The translations under genes were made by a program, and so were the position numbers. From positions 25,582 to 89,581 of the forward strand of contig CAZJHQ010000003.1 of the NCBI GenBank assembly GCA_964545915.1: a DNA stretch of 64,000 nucleotides, read 5' to 3'. The notes beneath the pieces were generated by a model that saw only the letters and a program-made list of their open reading frames with translations, searched no databases and was not told the DNA's origin. Origin of the DNA: an uncultured Candidatus Kuenenia sp. GTDB lineage: Bacteria; Planctomycetota; Planctomycetia; Pirellulales; UBA1268. Shown here in pieces: positions 1-6,924 of this stretch (positions are counted from its first letter, which is position 1; each line of letters begins with the position of its first letter).

Positions 1-16
1 CCAGCTCATAGATGAA

Positions 17-385
17 ATGAAAACTCGTGATGGGAATCCTGAGGCCTTTAATAAGGCACTCGAGGAGTTTATGCAGACCTTCGAAACTCGTTGTATTGTT
101 GTTCATCCGGACTTCGCGTTACCCGAGCGTTATTTGGACATTCTTTCGCTCCGTGATGCATGGGTCATCACCAGCACCCGCGGAAACGACTTAGCCAAAA
201 AGAAGTTCCTAGCGCTCATCGCGCGCCTGCGATTGCGTTACGAAAAGCAATCCGATCGAGTGACGGTCAAATGGCTTGATCAAGTAGTCGAAAGCCCCGA
301 GCGTGCAACGGAGAAGCCAGAAGGGTGGGAAAAGCCGGAAAAAAAGCCGGAAAAAAAGCCGGAAAAGGACAGGCGTAATCCTTAA
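17..385 (+). CDS. hypothetical protein, low-GC, PEKK-repeat C-terminus (possibly 5' partial)
   Basis: ATG at 17, but the frame stays open back to base 2, so the start may lie upstream of the window. Bases 1-300 are visibly AT-richer than the rest. The C-terminus PEKKPEKKPEK is encoded by a short AGCCGGAAAAAA tandem and runs into the first copy of the 19-nt junction motif. No family recognised. Confidence 0.4.
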   Translation: MKTRDGNPEAFNKALEEFMQTFETRCIVVHPDFALPERYLDILSLRDAWVITSTRGNDLAKKKFLALIARLRLRYEKQSDRVTVKWLDQVVESPERATEKPEGWEKPEKKPEKKPEKDRRNP

Positions 386-412
386 ACAGCCGGAAAAGGA
401 CAGGCATAATCC
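363..412 (+). repeat. junction motif copies 1 and 2 (AAAAGGACAGGCRTAATCC at 363-381 and 394-412)
   Basis: Direct reading. Copy 1 has G for A at one position; copy 2 matches the consensus. Confidence 0.9.
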
Positions 413-725
413 TTGACGACCGGCCGCGGGAGCCGTAGGATACGGGCGTTCAGTGCCCCCGTATCCTGCAGGAGCCCCCGCGATGACGATGCCCAGGCGG
501 CAACTGGTGGACGTCGCGGTCACGCGCTACTACCACTGCATTTCCCGCTGCGTCAGGCGGGCCTTCCTCTGCGGCGAAGGCGTCACACACCGAAAGGCCT
601 GGATCGAAGCCCGCCTCGAAGTCCTCGCCAAGCACTTCGCCGTCTCCGTCTGCGGCTTCGCAATCCTCGACAACCACCTCCACGTCCTCTGCCGCCTCGA
701 CCCCGGCATCGCCGATGGCTGGAGC
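413..725 (+). mobile_element. 5' fragment (copy a) of the HUH-Y1 element: left-end hairpin plus first ~80 codons of the transposase
   Basis: Near-identical to 1761-2078 of the intact copy. ATG at 483 gives [23 protein letters not shown]...NHLHVLCRLDPGIADGWS, then breaks at another copy of the junction motif. Confidence 0.85.
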
Positions 726-733
726 AAAAACGG

Positions 734-750
734 AAAAGGACAGGCATAAT
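734..750 (+). repeat. junction motif copy 3 (lacks the terminal CC)
   Basis: AAAAGGACAGGCATAAT read directly. Confidence 0.85.
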
Positions 751-820
751 GTGTGCAAGGCAATCTGTTTTCAAGATGAGAGGAGTCCTCTCGTGATCGG
801 TTGACAGGGAAAGAAGCCGG

Positions 821-877
821 AAAAGGACAGGCATAATCCGTGACACCGACGCCGTCCGCCGCGCCACGGCCGCGGTG
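821..877 (+). repeat. junction motif copy 4 plus a 38-nt Rhs piece, duplicate of 1361-1417
   Basis: AAAAGGACAGGCATAATCC followed by GTGACACCGACGCCGTCCGCCGCGCCACGGCCGCGG, the same string as at 1361-1417. Confidence 0.9.
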
Positions 878-883
878 ACACAC

Positions 884-902
884 AAAAGGACAGGCATAAT
901 CC
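884..902 (+). repeat. junction motif copy 5
   Basis: Exact consensus. Confidence 0.9.
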
Positions 903-1100
903 TTGACGACCGGCCGCGGGAGCCGTAGGATACGGGCGTTCAGTGCCCCCGTATCCTGCAGGAGCCCCCGCGATGACGATGCCCAGGCGGCAACTGGTGG
1001 ACGTCGCGGTCACGCGCTACTACCACTGCATTTCCCGCTGCGTCAGGCGGGCCTTCCTCTGCGGCGCGGGCGTCACGCATCACGCACCGCAAGGCCTCGT
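903..1100 (+). mobile_element. 5' fragment (copy b) of the HUH-Y1 element
   Basis: Same left-end sequence and hairpin as 413-; ATG at 973. Similarity to the intact copy decays after about codon 40. Confidence 0.8.
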
Positions 1101-1136
1101 CGCAACGCTCCGGGCTTTCGACAGGCTGGTTGCTGC

Positions 1137-1355
1137 TCAGTAGGTGTCAATCTCGTCCGCCGCCACACCAAGCGTTTTGGCGATCATCCGGCGGGTATTG
1201 TCCCGAACGTGAGTAACCTTGCCCTGTTCGATTCGCCCGATCGTCTTTGCGGACAGCGGTCTAAAGTCTTCTCTGCGGAGCCCTCGTTGTTTCCGAAGGC
1301 GCCGTAGCGATGCGCCGAACGACTTTTCCGCCGCGATCCTCGCTTTGGACTGCAA
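1137..1355 (-). CDS. XRE-family helix-turn-helix protein (72 aa)
   Basis: [33 protein letters not shown] is a typical Cro/C1-type HTH. Wedged between Y1 fragment b and motif copy 6. Confidence 0.7.
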   Translation of the reverse strand: MQSKARIAAEKSFGASLRRLRKQRGLRREDFRPLSAKTIGRIEQGKVTHVRDNTRRMIAKTLGVAADEIDTY

Positions 1356-1360
1356 GCCGC

Positions 1361-1379
1361 AAAAGGACAGGCATAATCC
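1361..1379 (+). repeat. junction motif copy 6
   Basis: Exact consensus. Confidence 0.9.
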
Positions 1380-1733
1380 GTGACACCGACGCCGTCCGCC
1401 GCGCCACGGCCGCGGGGCTCAACCTCGCCACGGCCACCAGCGCCGCCGTCGCCCCGTTCGCGACCGATTTTTTTGCGTATGACTCCCAAAACCGCGTCAT
1501 CCGCCACGACGTCCAGGGCGCCGGCTGCTCTTCCTGCACCGGCGGCATCGGCACGTTTACCTACTCCTACGCCACCAATCCCAGGCCGGTCCTCGGCAGC
1601 AACCTCGACTGGCGCACAAAAACCACCGAGACCCGCCCCGACGGCACCGAGCGGATCGTCTACTCAAACGCCCGCACCCAGCCGATGCTCGAAGTGATTC
1701 GCACCACCGAAGGGGGCGTCACCAAGCAGCACC
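1380..1733 (+). pseudogene. Rhs/YD-repeat protein fragment
   Basis: Translation FAYDSQNRVIRHD, GTFTYSYATNP and ETRPDGTERIVYSNARTQPMLEV shows YD-repeat periodicity. Bounded on both sides by the junction motif, with no plausible start or natural end. Confidence 0.6.
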
Positions 1734-1752
1734 AAAAGGACAGGCATAATCC
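1734..1752 (+). repeat. junction motif copy 7 (followed by a TAATCCTT duplication)
   Basis: Exact consensus, then TTGTAATCCTTGACGACGG. Confidence 0.9.
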
Positions 1753-1832
1753 TTGTAATCCTTGACGACGGGCCGCGGGAGCCGTAGGATACGGGTGTTC
1801 AGTACCCCCCGAGTCCTGCAGGAGACCCCGCG

Positions 1833-2876
1833 ATGACGATGCCCAGGCGGCAACTGGTGGACGTCGCGGTCACGCGCTACTACCACTGCATTTCCCGCTG
1901 CGTCAGGCGGGCCTTCCTCTGCGGCGAAGGCGTGACGCACCGCAAGGCCTGGATCGAAGCCCGGCTCGAACTCCTCGCCAAGCACTTCGCCGTCTCCGTC
2001 TGCGGCTTCGCGATCCTCGACAACCACCTCCACGTCCTCTGCCGCCTCGACCCCGGCATCGCCGACGGCTGGAGCGACGAAGACGTCGTCCGCCGCTGGA
2101 TCGCCGTCTACCGCCCCTCCTGCCTCGACGTCGATAATCCGGCCACCGTTCAGGCCTGGATCGACAACCAGTGCCAAGACACCGCCCGCGTCGCCCGCTA
2201 CCGGGCGCGGCTCCAGGATCTCGGCTGGTTCATGAAGGCTCTCAAGGAACCGCTGGCCCGACTCGCGAACAAGGAAGACGACTGCAAGGGCACGTTCTGG
2301 GAAGCCCGCTACAAGTCGATCGCCATCCTTGATGAACAAGCCCTGCTCGCGACCTGCGCCTACATCGATTTGAACCCCTTCGCCGCCGGCATCGCCACAA
2401 CCCCCGAAGACGCCCCACACACCTCGATCAAGCAGCGGGTCGATCACGTCCGCGCGAACGGCAACCTCGACACACTCCAAGCCGCCGCCGCAGCCAAGTC
2501 GATCCCTGCCGCCCGAATCGAGTCCGACCTCGAACAATCCCACTGGCTCTGCCCGCTCCAAGATCGCAACGCCAACGGCGCAGCCCGCGAAGGCATGCTG
2601 CCCGGGTTTTCGCTGTCGAGCTATCTCGAACTCGTGGACTGGACGGCCCGGCTCTGCCGCATGGGCAAGCCACGGATCACGCAGGAAGTGACCAGCATCA
2701 TGACGCGGCTCGGCACGAGCCCCGAATACTGGCAGTCACATCTCCAAAAGCTCCTCGGCAAGACCCGCTGGCTCGGCAGCTACTGTGCGACCAGCGCCGA
2801 ACGACTCAAGGCAATCGCCACGAACCGCGGCGTCGATCACGTAGACAACGCCCTGGGCGGCTTGGCCACGGGGTGA
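1833..2876 (+). CDS. HUH-Y1 transposase, IS200-like / REP-associated (RayT-like) family, 347 aa
   Basis: HUH motif in ILDNHLHVLCRL; catalytic-Tyr region GTFWEARYKSIAILDEQALLATCAYIDLNPFAAGIA. Only full-length copy in the window. Confidence 0.8.
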   Translation: MTMPRRQLVDVAVTRYYHCISRCVRRAFLCGEGVTHRKAWIEARLELLAKHFAVSVCGFAILDNHLHVLCRLDPGIADGWSDEDVVRRWIAVYRPSCLDVDNPATVQAWIDNQCQDTARVARYRARLQDLGWFMKALKEPLARLANKEDDCKGTFWEARYKSIAILDEQALLATCAYIDLNPFAAGIATTPEDAPHTSIKQRVDHVRANGNLDTLQAAAAAKSIPAARIESDLEQSHWLCPLQDRNANGAAREGMLPGFSLSSYLELVDWTARLCRMGKPRITQEVTSIMTRLGTSPEYWQSHLQKLLGKTRWLGSYCATSAERLKAIATNRGVDHVDNALGGLATG

Positions 2877-2918
2877 TTCCGCGCAACCGCGGCGGCCTTC
2901 TGCTTGGGATCGTCCGAA

Positions 2919-3323
2919 TTACGGCCGCCAAATCCGTAATCGGCAGTGACGAGCTGCGTGGGCGAAGTCTCGGTCGGTAGTCAGGAGGGTCAGCTGATGT
3001 CGGATGCACAGTTGGGCGAGCAAGGCATCGATCGTTCCGATTTGAACCCCGCCACGGCGGCATGCCGTGCGCAGTGCGGTAGCATCTACATGGTCTTGTC
3101 GATCCGGCTGCACAAGCGGCAGCGATGAAAAGCGGTCAATGATCTGCGCTCGCGCCTTGGGGCCGGAAAAGCCCTGCAGCAATTCCTGGAGAACGAGGCC
3201 TGTGGTCACGACGGTCTGCGACCCGACTAAAGCCTGCTCCAGATACAGAACCTCCGGCTGCGCGCCGACCACATCCCGCCGGAGTGCCAACGACCATACG
3301 CTCGTATCGACCAAAAGCATCAT
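2919..3323 (-). CDS. vapC: PIN-domain toxin VapC
   Basis: MMLLVDTSVW start. Conserved acidic positions at VDTS, LQELLQG, TIDALL and LLTTDRDF. Its ATG overlaps the stop of the upstream antitoxin (ATGA). Confidence 0.85.
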   Translation of the reverse strand: MMLLVDTSVWSLALRRDVVGAQPEVLYLEQALVGSQTVVTTGLVLQELLQGFSGPKARAQIIDRFSSLPLVQPDRQDHVDATALRTACRRGGVQIGTIDALLAQLCIRHQLTLLTTDRDFAHAARHCRLRIWRP

Positions 3324-3523
3324 GAGCGACGCGTGCGTTCCGCCTTGTAGTCGAAGGCGGAATCCCACTCGAGTTTGCCGAGCAGCTCCGCCACCCGCCG
3401 CTGCTCCCGTCGTGCTATGAACTCGTGCAGGGCCTTTGTCACGGCCGCCTTCTTCGTGCGTTCACCACTGACTTGGACGGCTCGCTCCAAGAGATCTGGA
3501 TCGATGCCAAGATTTGTGGCCAT
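3320..3523 (-). CDS. vapB: type II antitoxin VapB (67 aa)
   Basis: MATNLGIDPDLLERAVQVSGERTKKAAVTKALHEFI is typical of small VapB antitoxins. Lies immediately upstream of, and is coupled to, the PIN gene. Confidence 0.8.
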   Translation of the reverse strand: MATNLGIDPDLLERAVQVSGERTKKAAVTKALHEFIARREQRRVAELLGKLEWDSAFDYKAERTRRS

Positions 3524-3694
3524 GTGTGACTCCTTGTGTAAGACTTCACACAAAATACCCGATCCAGTCAAGCGTGCCAAGAACCGGGTTTTGCGGCCCG
3601 TCATCGCGGCTTTTACGCCGCGGCCGACATCGAGCAGTACCCCGGATATCCAGGCACGACGCAGATCGTCTCCCAGCGGACGACGCTTCCTATC

Positions 3695-4048
3695 GTGACC
3701 ACCGCCCAAAACGGCCCCGGCACGGCGGTCGTGACGGATCAGGTGTTCGACGCGGTCGGCCGCGAGATCTGGTCGCGGGACGGCGACGGGTTTTTGCGGT
3801 ACACGCAGTACGACGCCCAGACCGGCGCCGTCGTGAAGAGCATCGTGGACGTAGACACATCCCGCACGAGCGACTTCCAGAATCGGCCATCGGGCTGGGC
3901 CACGCCCGCAGGCGGCGAACTGCACCTCGTGACGACCCACGAAGTGGACCAACTCGGCCGGATCACCAAAGCTGTTGGCGGTGGGCACCAAGCGGATTGG
4001 TCCGCTGGCGTTGCCGAAGAACGAGCGAAAACGAACAGGAAAGCGGGG
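3695..4048 (+). pseudogene. Rhs/YD-repeat protein fragment
   Basis: VFDAVGREIWSRDGDGFLRYTQYDAQTGAVV and THEVDQLGRITKAV are YD repeats. Ends at motif copy 8. Confidence 0.6.
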
Positions 4049-4067
4049 GAAAGGACAGGCGCAATCC
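4049..4067 (+). repeat. junction motif copy 8 (diverged: GAAAGGACAGGCGCAATCC)
   Basis: Followed by TTCAGTCCTTGACGCGACCGCTGGCCGC, a decayed version of the Y1 left end. Confidence 0.7.
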
Positions 4068-4221
4068 TTCAGTCCTTGACGCGACCGCTGGCCGCTCTTC
4101 TGGAGCGGCGGTCTCCGGCCGTCGAATCTGCGGCACGCCCCGCCACCGCGCACGACCGTTTCGCGATCGCCTCCCGTGACCTCAGGCGGGAGGGCTGCGC
4201 CGGCCGCCCGCCCCGCGTGCA

Positions 4222-6891
4222 TCAGGCGGCGCCGCCGGTCTCCCGCTTCCAGCGCCAGGCGGCAGCCGCGAGGAGCGCGAAGTTGAGGAGCAGAAACGCG
4301 AAGAACTCCGTCTGCCCACCCTGCCCGAAGCCATAGGAGTGCAGTCCGGCGCCGAGGAGGAAGTTGACGCCGTACCACGACATGCCGATCACGGCCGCGC
4401 CGATCACGCTCCCGGCCGCCAGGCCGAAGGTGCCGATCCAGCCGGCGTAGCGGCCATGGAGGATGGCGATGTAGGCCAAAAGCGACACCAGAGCCCAGAC
4501 CTCCTTCGGATCCCAGCCCCAGAATCGGCCCCAGGACACGTCGGCCCACAGGCCGCCGAGAATCGTGCCGGCCGCGAGGAGCAACACCGCGACCTGCATC
4601 GCCTTGTAGATGAAGCCCGCCAACGCCGTGCAGGCCTCCGGCGGCTTCCGCTTCCCCACGGCGCCGGCGCCGTAGCGGCCGAGCAGATAGTAGCCCAGCG
4701 ACAGGCAGCCGAGGCCCCAGGCCAGCGCGCCAGCGGCATAGCTCGACACGATCGTCAGCACGTGGATCGTGAGCCAGAAGTTGTCGCGCAGCACCGGCTG
4801 CAGCGGGCTGAACTGCTTGCCTGGAATGGGGAAAAACCAGGCGATGAACGTGCCCGCGAAGGCGACGGCCGTGACCACGAGGCCGAACGAGCGGCGGGCA
4901 TACGTCTCCGGCAACGCCGCGGCGAGATGGCCGCCGCGCCACGACAGCGGCACCACGCCGAGGCCGAGCAACGCGGCCAGGGCGAGCCGCGGCAGATACC
5001 AGGCGGCGGGGGCGAGCATGCCGAGGCCGACCAGCCAGACGACGAGGTTGTTGAGATTCGGCAGCGACCGATCGACGTCGGTCTGCGGCAGCAGGTTGAT
5101 GATCGTGCGGCCGCCGGCGGCGTAGGGAGCCATGGCGAGCACCCACACAACGAGGGCCGTGAGTGCGATTCGCGGCGCCAGCAACGCCCACGAGGCCAGG
5201 CTCCAGCCTCCCGCGCCGAGCAGGCTGCGGCGACGGTCGTCGAGCGGCGTCGCCTCGCCGGGAAGCAGCGCCCCGATGGGCGGCGGCAGGGCCGTCATCC
5301 GCCAGGCATCGGCCGCACCGCGGCGGCAGATCGGCGCCAACAGGAACCCGAGGCCGAGAATCGAGAGGAAGAATGGCACGTAGATCACGGTCTCGTACAT
5401 GTTCGTCACCGGTGCCCAGCCGGTGATCGCCACGCGCTGCGCGAAGGCGAAGGCCGTCCAGCCGATCTCGGCGGCGAGCAGCGCCACACCCAGCCAGAAC
5501 ATCGGCCCGCGGGCCCGGCCGAAGGCCAGCGCGAAGGCGAACAGCGCCAGCAGGCTCAACACCCAGGAGAGGCGGAACGGGTCGCTCTCGTTGTAGCGGA
5601 CTTCGCGGTGGGTGCTGCCCGGGGGCGGATAGGCCGTGTGCCGCAGGAGGTCGGCGTCGATCCGCTCGACCGGGAGCTTTGAACGCAGCGGTTCCACGCC
5701 CGCGCCGAGCGTTCGCAGGGCGGCGGCCAGCCGGCCACTGGCCGTCGCGGCATCGCGATCGCGGTTCTCGCCCGCCGGCTCCTTGGCGGCGGCGGTGAGC
5801 GCGGCGAAGGCGGATCGCACGTCCTCCACCGCCGTTTGTGGGTAAGCGGCGAGCACCTCGGATGGCGCGTCGAGGAGCGTGGCCAGGGCGATCCATGGTG
5901 GGGCGTCATCGTCGGCGTTGCGCTCCGCCTCCAATGGTCCCGCGTGGAGCGCGGGCACGACGAGGAGGCCGCCGCCATCGTCGTACAGCGCCTGGGAGAG
6001 CAGGCTGACCCGTTCGACGAGGCGAGACACGGTCCGCGTGGTGGTGGCGGGCATGTCGGGCACGGCGGCCAGCCGGCCGAGGGCGGCACCCAGGGCCGGA
6101 AGCTTCGCCGTTGCGTCGGCCGTGGCGAACCGCGTGGACTCTCCGACCGCCTCGGCGAGCCCGATGAAGGCGTCGTCCACGGCCCGCACCGCCGCGGCCG
6201 CCTCCTCGCTCCCGCTGGCCGCGACCCGACCGCGGGCCGCCCGCCACGCCCCGCTCGCCTGCTCCAAGAGCCGCACGAATCGCGAGCGGCCCATGTCGGT
6301 CGCCTCCGCCCGGAAGGTCAGCCGCCGCCAGGCCACGAACGCCCGCCACAACTGCTCGACTTTCGCATCCGCTCCCTCGAGGCGGAACTGGCCCCCCTGC
6401 GCCATCGCTTCCCGACGCCGCTCGTCGATAGCCATGAGCCGCGTTCGCAATTTCTCACAGTCTTCGACATCGGCGGGGGCCGCATGCTTGAGCCGCTCCT
6501 TGCCCGACGCGTCGGTGGTGAACAGCGGCAGGTCGAGGAGCGACCGCACTTCCTCGTGCTCGGCGGTCAGGAAGGGAATCTCCTGCCAGGCGGCCGGCCG
6601 GGCCAGCCAATCGAGAAGCAGCTCGTCGGGCTGCCAGCGGACGAGCGCCCCGCCCGGGCCGGTCGCCAGTTTCGGAGCCTGGGCGTGGCAGATCGTGTCG
6701 GCCATCCGCCGGGCGAACGTGTCGAGCGGCATGATGCGGCCGTCTTCGAGCACCGGAATCTCGCGCCAGTCGCGCAGGGCCGAGGACAGCCCCGGCTGCG
6801 GCAGCGCGGATGCGGGCACGGCCGTGATTTCAGGCGTGGCGGCGCCGGCGGTGACCGTCAGGGCGACGACGAGCAGAAAGGCGGGGCGCAT
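4222..6891 (-). CDS. ccsA: cytochrome c biogenesis protein CcsA/ResC with a long N-terminal periplasmic extension
   Basis: Signal peptide MRPAFLLVVALTVTAGA; W-rich heme-handling motif WADVSWGRFWGWDPKEVWA; polytopic C-terminal half. Confidence 0.9.
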   Translation of the reverse strand: MRPAFLLVVALTVTAGAATPEITAVPASALPQPGLSSALRDWREIPVLEDGRIMPLDTFARRMADTICHAQAPKLATGPGGALVRWQPDELLLDWLARPAAWQEIPFLTAEHEEVRSLLDLPLFTTDASGKERLKHAAPADVEDCEKLRTRLMAIDERRREAMAQGGQFRLEGADAKVEQLWRAFVAWRRLTFRAEATDMGRSRFVRLLEQASGAWRAARGRVAASGSEEAAAAVRAVDDAFIGLAEAVGESTRFATADATAKLPALGAALGRLAAVPDMPATTTRTVSRLVERVSLLSQALYDDGGGLLVVPALHAGPLEAERNADDDAPPWIALATLLDAPSEVLAAYPQTAVEDVRSAFAALTAAAKEPAGENRDRDAATASGRLAAALRTLGAGVEPLRSKLPVERIDADLLRHTAYPPPGSTHREVRYNESDPFRLSWVLSLLALFAFALAFGRARGPMFWLGVALLAAEIGWTAFAFAQRVAITGWAPVTNMYETVIYVPFFLSILGLGFLLAPICRRGAADAWRMTALPPPIGALLPGEATPLDDRRRSLLGAGGWSLASWALLAPRIALTALVVWVLAMAPYAAGGRTIINLLPQTDVDRSLPNLNNLVVWLVGLGMLAPAAWYLPRLALAALLGLGVVPLSWRGGHLAAALPETYARRSFGLVVTAVAFAGTFIAWFFPIPGKQFSPLQPVLRDNFWLTIHVLTIVSSYAAGALAWGLGCLSLGYYLLGRYGAGAVGKRKPPEACTALAGFIYKAMQVAVLLLAAGTILGGLWADVSWGRFWGWDPKEVWALVSLLAYIAILHGRYAGWIGTFGLAAGSVIGAAVIGMSWYGVNFLLGAGLHSYGFGQGGQTEFFAFLLLNFALLAAAAWRWKRETGGAA

Positions 6892-6924
6892 CGGGGTGCT
6901 TCCGTGGTTCGAGTGATCCGCTGG

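Noticed and set aside
363-1752. CRISPR array interpretation of the repeated 19-nt motif
   Set aside because: Spacing ranges from 12 nt to several hundred nt. The would-be spacers are duplicated gene fragments (Y1 transposase, Rhs). The repeat is short and non-palindromic, and no cas genes are present.
3320-5896. 858-aa ORF antisense/off-frame to ccsA (and similar giants at 5836-9006, 12877-15360, 17238-19556, 24826-26847, 28232-30685, 35129-36505, 42902-44728, 59435-60799, 60943-62661, 62844-63833)
   Set aside because: Their translations are dominated by Arg/Pro/Gly/Ala runs typical of wrong-frame reading in GC-rich DNA. Each overlaps an ORF with clear family motifs on the other strand or frame. 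Only the last 67 codons of 3320-5896 (VapB) are real.
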